Virus record (IMG/VR): IMGVR_UViG_3300020469_004451
Location: 39,474-103,473 of that record
DNA length: 64,000 nucleotides
Source: a virus
Direction: 5' to 3' (one strand)
The notes under the pieces were generated by a model, which saw nothing but the letters and a program-made list of their open reading frames with translations, was not told where the DNA came from and searched no databases. The position numbers and the translations under genes are program-made. How positions within the stretch are numbered: position 1 is the first letter of the stretch; every line of letters starts with the position of its first letter. Positions 49,625 to 58,790 of this stretch are shown piece by piece.

Positions 49625-50001
49625 TCCCCTTTCTCCGATCTATATGAATCTTCATCAAAATGTTGGGTAGAAAATTCAATAATATCAGTATCTACAATGG
49701 CTTGAACTCGATGATAAAGTCCTACTGGTATATGAAAAACACTACCTTCTTCTAAAACAACAGTAGAAGCTTCTTTTATATCATCAGATTTGCCAAAATA
49801 GACAAGCACACTACCCCTAGAAACAAAAAAAGTTTCTTCTTTTATCTTATGACAGTGGTAAGAAAACTTTCTGCCCTTTACCATGTGCAGTATTTTGCCG
49901 CAATACTCTGGTTTATTTACCAGCCACTTTTCGTAACCCCATTTTTTAGGAACGAACTTGTAATTTTTTATTCCTTTGGTTATATGATTTACATCAACCA
50001 T
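49621..50001 (-). CDS. Cupin-domain protein (sugar-isomerase-like)
   Basis: K.WGYE.W, S.H.H..KEETF...G, P.G..HR. Confidence 0.8.
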   Translation of the reverse strand: MVDVNHITKGIKNYKFVPKKWGYEKWLVNKPEYCGKILHMVKGRKFSYHCHKIKEETFFVSRGSVLVYFGKSDDIKEASTVVLEEGSVFHIPVGLYHRVQAIVDTDIIEFSTQHFDEDSYRSEKGD

Positions 50002-50114
50002 GTCTAATATTCTTCTTACATTTAAAATAACAGTGCATATTAATTTTAATGCATCATTAAGAAAAAGTCAACTTTTTTCTTGTTTTTTTTTGGCATAGAT
50101 ATTATCATTTGAGT

Positions 50115-50402
50115 ATGAAGCTAACTAATTGGAAAATAGCAAAAGCAATTTCCCTATTGCCAGAAGAGGACCGCAAGATGGTTAAAGAAGAAATGGCTAG
50201 TCCAGAAGGAATTAGTCCAGAAAATATGTCTCGAATTCAAAAGATGGTAAACTCCCTTTCATCCAGCAAAGGAAAGAACAATGGCGCTTTTGGAAAGCGT
50301 GGATCAGATCGAAAATCCTTAGTCGCTTCTCGTAGAAAAGATTTTATTGAGAAACTGAAGAAGGCTCAAGAAGAGTCTAAATTAGAAAAGGAAGGAGAGT
50401 AG
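50115..50402 (+). CDS. Hypothetical protein
   Basis: 95-aa ORF starting at ATG 50115. Confidence 0.55.
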   Translation: MKLTNWKIAKAISLLPEEDRKMVKEEMASPEGISPENMSRIQKMVNSLSSSKGKNNGAFGKRGSDRKSLVASRRKDFIEKLKKAQEESKLEKEGE

Positions 50403-50403
50403 T

Positions 50404-51066
50404 ATGAATATTGCAAAAAGAGAATTTCCAGATATAGGATTGATCGCATTTGATTTAGAGAGTTCTCATACAGCTTACGGTGGTGCTGTTTCTATTAAAA
50501 ACAACACTTATAAATTTGATGAGGTAGATTTTAAAAAGGGAGATGTATTTGTCGATCTTGGTGCTAACATCGGATTAGTTTCGATGTATGTAGCGGGTCA
50601 CTTCTCAGCGGAAGTTCACGCTTTTGAGTGTTGCCCAACTAATTTTCGTTTGTTAAATCTTAACTCCTTCGCAAATAATGTAACAATAATTACAAATAGC
50701 TTTGGAGTTAGCGACGAAACTAAAGTCGCTCAAATGAATATTGACTCCACTAATACTGGAGGGACTTCTTTATATGCAACTGAAGAAGGGGAGAGTCGAA
50801 TAAGAGAAAGTGCTTACCTTTTGGATTTTGAGGTTGCTATGGAACCATTTAAAAAAATTAAATATTTGAAAATGGATATCGAAGGTGCTGAATTTGCTAT
50901 TTTTCAAAAATTAATAAAAAATAAATCCCGTTTCTTTGAAAAGGTTGAGTTTTTTCATTTAGAAGTTCACAATCAATACCTAATAGACAACTTTGAGGAA
51001 CGAGAGTCTGAAATAATTAATTATTTAGATACTTTCTCAAATTTAAAAACTTTTATTTTACGATAG
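50404..51066 (+). CDS. FkbM-family methyltransferase
   Basis: VDLGANIG, AFE, LKMDIEGAE, EVH. Confidence 0.9.
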   Translation: MNIAKREFPDIGLIAFDLESSHTAYGGAVSIKNNTYKFDEVDFKKGDVFVDLGANIGLVSMYVAGHFSAEVHAFECCPTNFRLLNLNSFANNVTIITNSFGVSDETKVAQMNIDSTNTGGTSLYATEEGESRIRESAYLLDFEVAMEPFKKIKYLKMDIEGAEFAIFQKLIKNKSRFFEKVEFFHLEVHNQYLIDNFEERESEIINYLDTFSNLKTFILR

Positions 51067-51147
51067 GTGTAAAAATCGCAAGTTTTTTTGGTGTTAGCCC
51101 AAATATAGCGAAGCTTTTTTGGGTTTTGATGTGTAATAAAAGAAGAC

Positions 51148-52014
51148 ATGGACAAGAATCGTAAGCTCAACAAGCCATTTAGAACCCCTAGTGGTCCAAA
51201 GAAATTTGCTGTGTATGTAAAAGATCCAGATACTAATAATATCAAGATCGTGCGCTTTGGCGATCCAGATATGGAAATCAAGAGAGACGATCCTAAAAGA
51301 AGAAAAGCATTTAGGGATAGGCATAATTGCGATGAAAGGAAGGACAAGACCAAGCCTTCGTATTGGTCATGTAAATTCTGGTCTGGTAAGAGTGTCACCG
51401 AACTGTTGAGTGGAGCTTCCAAAGTATATAATGTGGATTTAACACAATGGGACGGAAGAACATTTTGGCCTAGAGAAGAAATCGAACCAGCCTTCAAGGG
51501 CATGGATGTATCAGAAGCAGACGATTCACACGACTATCATCTAGAAATGACTTCTGAAATGATGGCTGAGTTGCACAATAACGGCGAGTTAGAAGTAACT
51601 GTTCGCGAAGGCGGCAGGGACATGGTAATTAAGTTTACTTACGATGCAAAGGCTTATTTTCACTACGACGAGGACGAAGCATATCATTGTGGAGATAAAG
51701 AAAGCAAAGCCGCCAAGATCAGCGCAAGAGTTGAGAAGTCTCTAAAAAATAAAGTTAAAGAGCATAATGAGAAACATGGCGACAAAAAAGGAAAGCGCGT
51801 TACCCTGAGAATGCTTAAAGCTGTTTTTCGACGGGGCGTAGGTGCTTACAACACCAACCCTCAGAGCGTCCGACCAAATGTAAAAAGCTCTGATCAATGG
51901 GCTATGGCGCGCGTCAATGTATTTTTAAAAGCTGTTAGAACCAACAAATTCAATTCTGGTAAGTTCGACACTGATCTTCTTCCGAAGGGACATCCCCTTA
52001 GTTCTAAGAAGTAA
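51148..52014 (+). CDS. Two-domain phage protein (KKFAVYV..VRFGD..RHNC..YWSC domain plus LKAVFRRG.GA..QWA.ARVN domain), probably head-associated
   Basis: Both motif sets recalled from large-phage proteins; GTGTAA motif upstream. Confidence 0.6.
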   Translation: MDKNRKLNKPFRTPSGPKKFAVYVKDPDTNNIKIVRFGDPDMEIKRDDPKRRKAFRDRHNCDERKDKTKPSYWSCKFWSGKSVTELLSGASKVYNVDLTQWDGRTFWPREEIEPAFKGMDVSEADDSHDYHLEMTSEMMAELHNNGELEVTVREGGRDMVIKFTYDAKAYFHYDEDEAYHCGDKESKAAKISARVEKSLKNKVKEHNEKHGDKKGKRVTLRMLKAVFRRGVGAYNTNPQSVRPNVKSSDQWAMARVNVFLKAVRTNKFNSGKFDTDLLPKGHPLSSKK

Positions 52015-52175
52015 TAAAAAAGTCGCAAGTTTTTTTCGAAAATTTGCAAATAAGCACCCTGTTTTTTTTACAGTAAAAATTTTTTTTGTTGTTTAGGACG
52101 AAATTCTAGCCTAACCACTTAATCGCAAAATTATTTTTGTGTGTTAATAAAATTCATTTTTTATTCGCAAAGGGC

Positions 52176-52204
52176 TTGACATTTAAATTCATATGCGGTA
52201 TAAT
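52176..52204 (+). promoter_or_regulatory. Consensus sigma70 promoter TTGACA-N17-TATAAT
   Basis: Exact consensus, 9 nt before the ATG at 52214. Confidence 0.85.
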
Positions 52205-52213
52205 GTTGCCGTT

Positions 52214-53161
52214 ATGATTGAAAATTATTTACCCGACATCATTGGGCAAGATAGTGTAAAACAGAAACTCGCCATGTATAAGCTCTCTTATCAGGGCGGC
52301 GACAAACTTCCATTCCTACTCTTTACTGGTAGTAGGGGAAGCGGTAAAAGTAATCTTGCTCGTCAATTCAGAGAAACGCTCGTAAACAAGAATGGAGATA
52401 CACCGCCTATCCTTGAGGTGAACGCATCTGCCATTAGAAGCGTCGATAGCTTCTACGATCAAATTTACAGCAAGTGGCATGAGCATAACGCGACTTTGTT
52501 TATTGATGAATCTCATATGCTCATTGACAAACTCCAAGCAATCTTCTTAACAGCACTTGAAGTCAAAGATGATCCAGTGAGGAGAGTTACATTTGAACAC
52601 AAGGAGATGGGACAACAAGAATTTGTTTTTGATTTTAGAAAAATGTCAATCATCTTCGCTACTACAAATCAAGAGAAGATGGAAGCTCCGCTTGTTAATC
52701 GCTTTGAAAAGATTGCTTTGCAACCTTACACCGAACACGAATTACTTCAAATCTTTTTGAAGAATATAGGAGACGTAAGGTTCTCACCTGAATCGTTAAC
52801 AAACATTCTTAATGTTTTCCGAACTTGTCCACGCGATGTCGTAAAGCTCGCTAATAACATTGTTTCTTTTACAAAGGCAATCGGCAACCTCTTTATAAAC
52901 GAAGAAAAACTTGCTCGTTTTTGTAAAATGATGGGCCTTTACAAGTATGGTCTTTGCGAAGCGGAAATGCAAATCATAAAACTGCTTGGCGAAAGGGGAG
53001 CCTGTTCATTGAACGCAATCGCAGCAGCGACGAGCTTCTCAAAGACAGTCGTTCAGCAAGACTATGAGTTCATGCTGCTGAATAAAGGTCTTATGGACAT
53101 AGACGGCAAGCGAAGATTGACCAGCAGAGGCATGGAGCTATATGCCGCATCCTTTAAATAG
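52214..53161 (+). CDS. ruvB: Holliday junction branch-migration ATPase RuvB-like
   Basis: IIGQ..VK, G.RGSGKS, LFIDE.H, FATT....PL.NRF, Y...EL, C-terminal E..L...G.....R.LT..G. Confidence 0.8.
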   Translation: MIENYLPDIIGQDSVKQKLAMYKLSYQGGDKLPFLLFTGSRGSGKSNLARQFRETLVNKNGDTPPILEVNASAIRSVDSFYDQIYSKWHEHNATLFIDESHMLIDKLQAIFLTALEVKDDPVRRVTFEHKEMGQQEFVFDFRKMSIIFATTNQEKMEAPLVNRFEKIALQPYTEHELLQIFLKNIGDVRFSPESLTNILNVFRTCPRDVVKLANNIVSFTKAIGNLFINEEKLARFCKMMGLYKYGLCEAEMQIIKLLGERGACSLNAIAAATSFSKTVVQQDYEFMLLNKGLMDIDGKRRLTSRGMELYAASFK

Positions 53162-53239
53162 TTTCTTCATAACAACTACTGACAGGTGAAATCGAAAGAA
53201 AGTAACCTGTCAGTTAAGTTATTAATTAAAATATAAACT

Positions 53240-53899
53240 ATGAAATCACAGATAAACCAAATAAAAATATTTGGCGAAAGAAATAGTGGAACGACCTTTC
53301 TAGCACAATTAATAATGAAAAACATTAAAGGTGTTAATGTGTATGCTAAGAAAGATGAAAAGGAAACTGGTTGGAAGCATGGTTTTCCAAAAGTAAATTT
53401 ATTAAATAAATTAGATTCGACACTATTTATATTTGTTATTAGAGATTTCGAGAGTTGGATAAAATCAATGTATTTCAATAGATACCATTACAAAAAGCCA
53501 AAAGATATTAATGAGTTTTTGACTGAAGATTTAGTGGTAAAAGATAAGGACAAGAATCACGATGTTTGGAAATACGAATCTGAGCGACAAAACATTGTAA
53601 AATTAAGAACCGCTAAGATAAAAAGTTATTTAGATTTTTATGAAAATGTCGATAACGCTGCGATCATTCACCTTCAAGACTTGCAAGATAACACTGAAAG
53701 ATTTTTAACGTTTTTAAAAGATGTATATGATTTGGATACTCAAGAGTATGTTCCAATACTAAAACACACTAAATCCAAAACAAAACAAAAAAATAGAGAT
53801 TACGACTTAACTTTGCCAGAAATCATCAATAAAGATATTGAAATAGAAAGATTTGTAGACAGTTTAAAAGTAAATTGTGTTTACAAATCAGCAATTTAA
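53240..53899 (+). CDS. Sulfotransferase-like P-loop protein
   Basis: GERNSGT, GWKHG, R....WI.SM. Confidence 0.65.
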   Translation: MKSQINQIKIFGERNSGTTFLAQLIMKNIKGVNVYAKKDEKETGWKHGFPKVNLLNKLDSTLFIFVIRDFESWIKSMYFNRYHYKKPKDINEFLTEDLVVKDKDKNHDVWKYESERQNIVKLRTAKIKSYLDFYENVDNAAIIHLQDLQDNTERFLTFLKDVYDLDTQEYVPILKHTKSKTKQKNRDYDLTLPEIINKDIEIERFVDSLKVNCVYKSAI

Positions 53900-53912
53900 A
53901 TACAAAATAGAC

Positions 53913-53941
53913 TTGACTTTTCAATTAAAATACAATAAAAT
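53913..53941 (+). promoter_or_regulatory. Early promoter TTGACT-N17-TAAAAT
   Basis: 5 nt before the ATG at 53947. Confidence 0.7.
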
Positions 53942-53946
53942 ACGGC

Positions 53947-54132
53947 ATGAAGTTCAAATTCATTATTGAAGATACAGAAAACAAAACAGAGGACATGGTA
54001 TGGTCAAATGACTTGTGCCTTGTGGTTGAAGAGATGAATGAGTTATTGAAAGAAAAAGGACACATGGAGAACAACTACACAATCACATTCCTGAGTGACG
54101 AAGAATCCGCAACACTAAGCTACGCATACTAA
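53947..54132 (+). CDS. Hypothetical protein
   Basis: ORF downstream of a promoter. Confidence 0.6.
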   Translation: MKFKFIIEDTENKTEDMVWSNDLCLVVEEMNELLKEKGHMENNYTITFLSDEESATLSYAY

Positions 54133-54446
54133 TGGAAGATACAAACAAACCAAAGCGCGGTAGAGGTCGCCCTGCAAATAGCAACAGCTTCGTTGTTGTC
54201 AACCTTGACTACCTTTCTTCTTTAGAAGGCTTAGAGAACATTCCAGTGAGTAAAAAATGGCTAGAAAGTTGTGGCGTTGATACATCTAAGCTACCAGCAG
54301 TAAATACTCAAGGGCTAAACAACAAAAAATTAAATGGCAAGAAAGCGATAAATCATCACGCGCCGACTAACTTAGCAGAAGAAATTATTCCTGTTCAAGA
54401 AGTCAGCGAGGAAGATGACAAGATCGAGTTTACCCTAACAATTTAA
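54132..54446 (+). CDS. Hypothetical protein with AT-hook-like KRGRGRP motif
   Basis: PKRGRGRP at the N-terminus. Confidence 0.6.
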   Translation: MEDTNKPKRGRGRPANSNSFVVVNLDYLSSLEGLENIPVSKKWLESCGVDTSKLPAVNTQGLNNKKLNGKKAINHHAPTNLAEEIIPVQEVSEEDDKIEFTLTI

Positions 54447-54449
54447 AAC

Positions 54450-54749
54450 ATGGATTTAATTGTAGACAAAACCATACGATATAGAACATATCAAAAAGAT
54501 TTTGATAATGGCATTATCTTTATTCAACACTTGGAAAATGTGACGATCAAGGACGAATACTTCGCTCTAGCTGGAGATGTATATCCAGATGGCACACTTC
54601 GCCCTTTTTGCCCAAAACTTTTTTATTCACCTTTACCAGAAGAAGAAGCCAAGAAAGAGTTGGGACTTGTTAAGCCAGAAACTTTTAAGTGGTTCGATAA
54701 GCTCTATTATATTGATGGAGATGGTCTAGTGGCAAAATTCAATTTATAA
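54450..54749 (+). CDS. Hypothetical protein
   Basis: Operonic ORF. Confidence 0.55.
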   Translation: MDLIVDKTIRYRTYQKDFDNGIIFIQHLENVTIKDEYFALAGDVYPDGTLRPFCPKLFYSPLPEEEAKKELGLVKPETFKWFDKLYYIDGDGLVAKFNL

Positions 54750-54755
54750 ATAATT

Positions 54756-55046
54756 ATGTTTAATATTTCTATAGAAAATATAGTTGAAGGATGCGTTAAT
54801 ACTATCTTGGAAGAAAACTCCGAACTTTTAAAATACGCTCAGAATAATGCGCCGCTTTCAAAATCAGAATCTAAGGCTATCAATGACAGACTAGATCGAC
54901 TAGAAGAGGTTCTTGATGGAGTCAAGTTATTAGTTGAAGATTGTAAGCATGAGAACCAGACCCTCTTTGAAGACAAAAATGAGGGAGATACGATTAGCCA
55001 AGAAGAGTATAATGCTTTCTTCAAAAGGATAAATATGGATTTATAA
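54756..55046 (+). CDS. Hypothetical protein
   Basis: Operonic ORF. Confidence 0.55.
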   Translation: MFNISIENIVEGCVNTILEENSELLKYAQNNAPLSKSESKAINDRLDRLEEVLDGVKLLVEDCKHENQTLFEDKNEGDTISQEEYNAFFKRINMDL

Positions 55047-55294
55047 TTATCAAACTACTTTTCTTCTTTTCTAAGAATTATGCGGGGCAATTAAATAATT
55101 ATCAGAGAACTACTTCTTGCCTTCCACGCTGCTCCTCTACGCGCTTTGAGCCTTGCTCCTAAACTAGACCAGCAGACAGAGCTAAAAGCCCTTAGAATCC
55201 AATAGAGAGAGTAGCATAAAATAGATCAGAATACAGTAATTTTTATTGAATAGAGTTGACTTTATTCCAATACCATTCATATTACCCAAATACA

Positions 55295-55525
55295 ATGGAA
55301 ACCCATATGAAATCTATTACGACCAGATTTAAAGAGTATATCGTATCAAGTGATTTTACATACAAACAAAAGAGAATACTATTAGAACATTTATTAGAGT
55401 TACATAGTAGTATGGAGATGGCAGATAACCAACATAGAATAGATAAGAGAACACTTGAAAAAGATGTGGATAGATTAAAACAATCTGAGGAAGAGTATCT
55501 TGACCTATGGACGCGCGTCCTTTAA
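55295..55525 (+). CDS. Hypothetical protein
   Basis: ATG 55295 preferred; TTG 55256 coincides with a TTGACT -35 box. Confidence 0.5.
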   Translation: METHMKSITTRFKEYIVSSDFTYKQKRILLEHLLELHSSMEMADNQHRIDKRTLEKDVDRLKQSEEEYLDLWTRVL

Positions 55526-55735
55526 AAATACAAATATATTTATTCGATTAAACAGGGGAATATAAATAAAATGGAAAATATCACATCAGCACATATTGTA
55601 TCCTTAGTAGTATGGGGCTTGGTCGTTCTAATTATTAAGGTAATACATAAGGAGTTTAAATAAATATGTTTACGTTTAGTCTTATTATATTAACCATCAT
55701 AGCTTTTACTCTCAGGGAATGGTGTAATAATTGAT

Positions 55736-56107
55736 ATGGGGAAAGGACAAATCTTTATCTTTATTGAGTATAAGAAGAACAAGGTATATCAAAATACATA
55801 TAACAGCATTGCAATGGCAAAGGGTATTGTCGATGCTACAGTAAATAATAATAGAGATAATATTAAGTGGGCTTGTGTATGGGATGCAAATAAAGTATAT
55901 TATGAACTAATATGCGACGATTATTGTGAGATATTGCAAATACTACATGATCTAAACCTTGGAGGCAAGGTAACTAAAGCAATACCAAAGAAAGAGTTGG
56001 CTAAGATAGCTGAAGACAATCCAAAGCTATTTGATAAATACCTAGATTATATAGCAGAAACGCAAAAAAACAAGAAATTCTTTTCGATTAGAAGCAAATT
56101 TAGCTAA
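55736..56107 (+). CDS. Hypothetical protein
   Basis: 123-aa ORF with GTGTAA 8 nt upstream. Confidence 0.55.
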   Translation: MGKGQIFIFIEYKKNKVYQNTYNSIAMAKGIVDATVNNNRDNIKWACVWDANKVYYELICDDYCEILQILHDLNLGGKVTKAIPKKELAKIAEDNPKLFDKYLDYIAETQKNKKFFSIRSKFS

Positions 56108-56176
56108 TATGTCGAAATAATACAAAATCTGAGGCTCCTTAGAGGCGACACCCCCATGTCGCATTTATACAAAAAC

Positions 56177-56205
56177 CGCCCACTTTTTTGGCGCGCGCCA
56201 AATAA
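56177..56205 (+). repeat. 29-bp GGCGCGC-containing repeat, copy A
   Basis: CGCCCACTTTTTTGGCGCGCGCCAAATAA, near-identical to 57279-57307. Confidence 0.75.
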
Positions 56206-56303
56206 TAAGACCCGCGCTAATCGCATAAAAAAATCCCCGCTTTTTAGATTTGGGCCAAATAAGTATTGACTTATACATTAGACCTGATATAATAGCAACT
56301 GTT

Positions 56304-56846
56304 ATGAATATCTTTTGTCTCTCCGAAGACCCAACAGAAGCCGCCCAAATGCAATGTGATAAACATGTCGCCAAGATGTGTGTAGAGTATAGCCAACTAC
56401 TAGCCACTTGTTTTTCTTTAAGTCGTTTGGCAGAGGACGATTGCCCAAGAACACAATCAGGTAATCCAAGAAAACATTTTAATCCAAAGCATCCAAGTTC
56501 TATATGGACAAGGCTATCTAAAAGTAATATGCGTTGGTTGATTAGACACGCTACCGCGCTATTCGATGAATTTGAATTAAGGTTTAATAAAAAGCATTTC
56601 TGCCGCGACTTCCTTAGTTGGGTAATTCTAAATATCTATGATGCTGATGTAGAAGAAGGAAAGCTTACTGACTTCTCAATAGCTATTAGCCAAGATTCTT
56701 TGTGTAGGCAAGACTTCAGATTCGATTTTGCATCCTCAGTGGACAAATATAGATTGTATTATATACATGATAAGAAGGCATTTGCCAAGTGGAATAAAGG
56801 TCGCTCTGCTCCACAATGGTATTATAATATGAATGTTAAGGCTTGA
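56304..56846 (+). CDS. Pyrimidine-dimer DNA glycosylase (DenV-like) family protein
   Basis: MNIF.L..DP..AA...CDKHV.KM..E..QLL, HP...W, YR.YY..K..FA.W; promoter at 56266-56293. Confidence 0.75.
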   Translation: MNIFCLSEDPTEAAQMQCDKHVAKMCVEYSQLLATCFSLSRLAEDDCPRTQSGNPRKHFNPKHPSSIWTRLSKSNMRWLIRHATALFDEFELRFNKKHFCRDFLSWVILNIYDADVEEGKLTDFSIAISQDSLCRQDFRFDFASSVDKYRLYYIHDKKAFAKWNKGRSAPQWYYNMNVKA

Positions 56847-56875
56847 CTTTAATTATAATTCATTTAGAATAGGGA

Positions 56876-57292
56876 ATGGACTTACCAACACACCGCCCTT
56901 ACTACAAATACGAGCAAAAAAGAAAAGAGCATAATGAACAAGCGGATTGCTGCGTTTGCTCTATATCTCATGCCTGTGGAGTCTCTTATGAAGAAGCACA
57001 CGCTGCGTGTAAGAAAGCAGGGAGGAAGCATAGAGTGGGAATGTATGACAACCAAATAATAAGGGCTGTTAGGATATTAGGTTTTAAACTAACAAAAGTA
57101 AAGTGCAAATCTAAAACGATGAGAACTTTACATAGGAACATTAAGTCTAATAAATCTTTTCTTGTGTTTGTCAATCAGCATCTTAGTTCTATTGTAAATA
57201 AAGAAACATGGGATGTGGGTATTAAGAACAAATGCAGTAGGATACAACAGGTTTATCTTGTAGAGAAGCTTGGAAATTCGCCCACTTTTTAG
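56876..57292 (+). CDS. Hypothetical phage protein (DC.V.SI..A...Y motif)
   Basis: ORF with its own TTGACT-N16-TAGAAT promoter (56843-56870). Confidence 0.65.
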   Translation: MDLPTHRPYYKYEQKRKEHNEQADCCVCSISHACGVSYEEAHAACKKAGRKHRVGMYDNQIIRAVRILGFKLTKVKCKSKTMRTLHRNIKSNKSFLVFVNQHLSSIVNKETWDVGIKNKCSRIQQVYLVEKLGNSPTF

Positions 57293-57307
57293 AGGCGCGC
57301 CAAATAA
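57279..57307 (+). repeat. 29-bp GGCGCGC-containing repeat, copy B
   Basis: CGCCCACTTTTTAGAGGCGCGCCAAATAA. Confidence 0.75.
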
Positions 57308-57417
57308 GTAATACCTGATTAGTTTTCTTCTTTATCTTTGTTTACTCACTTGCGAAAACAGAACTATACAGGAAAACCCCTTGACTTTCAAATAGAATAG
57401 TATAGAATAGTAGTGTT

Positions 57418-57765
57418 ATGAGTATTTCATCCGTTTCAACCCTTGCTGACAAATGCGGGGCAGATTCATTAGCTAAGTTAGGTAAACATTTTTATGATAT
57501 TACAGAGTGTGGTGCAGGGACAGAGTTCGTCACAATGGACGAGTCCTATCTATACACAGATGATTATTATGGTATAACCAGACCTTTGCCGAACATATGG
57601 GCAGGGAAAGTGGTAGGCATCAAATTCTATACTATAGTAGAAGGGTCAGATGCAGAGTTCTCTTGTGACCTAGTTACATTCCCATGTGAGTATAGCGAAA
57701 TACAAGAGTGCTTGGACTATTTAGAAGATCAAGCTACTGCCGCTTTTGAAGAGGACTTTAAATAA
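57418..57765 (+). CDS. Hypothetical acidic protein
   Basis: ORF with its own TTGACT-N16-TAGAAT promoter (57381-57408). Confidence 0.65.
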   Translation: MSISSVSTLADKCGADSLAKLGKHFYDITECGAGTEFVTMDESYLYTDDYYGITRPLPNIWAGKVVGIKFYTIVEGSDAEFSCDLVTFPCEYSEIQECLDYLEDQATAAFEEDFK

Positions 57766-57871
57766 AGACATTCATATATTAATCTTAATCATGGTAGGAA
57801 CAATCCTTTTCTTCTTAAATAAATAATTTGTGTTAGTTCACCCTCTATGAAGGGTGTGTTGGTTGAACACG

Positions 57872-57907
57872 ACGGGCGCGGGACTCATCTCCTGCGCCCG
57901 TTTTTTT
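57872..57907 (+). terminator. Strong intrinsic terminator ending the plus-strand early block
   Basis: ACGGGCGCGGGA...TCCTGCGCCCGT followed by a T run. Confidence 0.8.
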
Positions 57908-57978
57908 GTATATACGCAAATAACCAATATTAGATTATAGCCATTATTGTTTTATGTGATTAGTATATTATGTGTTGT

Positions 57979-58057
57979 TGTAAGTCGTTGATACTTAGGG
58001 AGTTACGAAGGGCGGGGGGGCGCGCGCTCGCAACTCGTTGAGTTACAAGCAGTTACG
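57979..58057 (+). repeat. 79-bp double-palindrome element, copy 1
   Basis: Arms 57979-58007 and 58029-58057; 21-bp core AAGGGC-G7-CGCGCGCT. Confidence 0.9.
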
Positions 58058-58066
58058 CATCTTCTG

Positions 58067-58231
58067 TCATATTTTATTAGTTAAAGTTTTTTCTTCGATA
58101 CCAAAACCAGTTAGGTCTTCATTCCTGACGCAATCCCTTAGATATTCAAGTATTTTATCAAATGCTTCATCCTCTGTTTCTGCTTGGAACCAATCGTGGA
58201 ATGTAACAACGAAAGTTTTTTCTTCTGTCAT
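58067..58231 (-). CDS. Small hypothetical protein (54 aa, not in ORF track)
   Basis: MTEEKTFVVTFHDWFQAETEDEAFDKILEYL...; co-oriented with neighbours. Confidence 0.6.
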   Translation of the reverse strand: MTEEKTFVVTFHDWFQAETEDEAFDKILEYLRDCVRNEDLTGFGIEEKTLTNKI

Positions 58232-58235
58232 ATTA

Positions 58236-58376
58236 TTATCCGCTGAAGTCTACCAGAGAAACATCTGTAGAAATGAATCCGTCCTCTAGCCTGTGATTCA
58301 TAAGAGCGAAGAACTCAAAAAGATATTGGATCTCCTTCTCTTCTGTCATTTCATATAGCGAGTTGTTGACTATCAT
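58236..58376 (-). CDS. Small hypothetical protein (46 aa, not in ORF track)
   Basis: MIVNNSLYEMTEEKEIQYLFEFF...; fills the gap with 3-4 nt spacing. Confidence 0.45.
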   Translation of the reverse strand: MIVNNSLYEMTEEKEIQYLFEFFALMNHRLEDGFISTDVSLVDFSG

Positions 58377-58379
58377 AAT

Positions 58380-58733
58380 TTAAACCTTTTCAATGATTTC
58401 TTGTATTGTATTGAACGTAACAAGGGCTTTCACCTCGTCAAGTGTCATCTTGACATCTGTTGAATCTCCAGTTTCGATGTCGCACCCTGCGATGAAACCA
58501 TTGCCAGCAAAAGGTTGATGCACTCGATGGACTCCTTTAATCTCAAAAAAGAATTGCTGTTCTTTAAGTAGACCCTCCTCATCCACAAAAAGAGTGTCGT
58601 TTGTTTCGTAGTTTGTCCATCCACATTCGATCCAATCGCACCCCATCAGCACATTAGCCTCTGGATAAACGGTATCGACCTCTTCGACGGTGATTTCTTT
58701 AGTTTTGGCGTTGATTAAGTATCCTTTGATCAT
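58380..58733 (-). CDS. DUF3846-like hypothetical protein
   Basis: GCDWIE...LFVDEEGLL...FAGNG.I.G; own promoter at 58741-58768. Confidence 0.65.
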   Translation of the reverse strand: MIKGYLINAKTKEITVEEVDTVYPEANVLMGCDWIECGWTNYETNDTLFVDEEGLLKEQQFFFEIKGVHRVHQPFAGNGFIAGCDIETGDSTDVKMTLDEVKALVTFNTIQEIIEKV

Positions 58734-58790
58734 GGCTTATATTATAACATACAAAAAAGAAAAGTCAAGGTATTTTTGAATTAAAATTAA

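Noticed and set aside
55047-55255. Possible ncRNA in a 200-bp gap
   Set aside because: No convincing stems or promoter-terminator pair could be identified by eye
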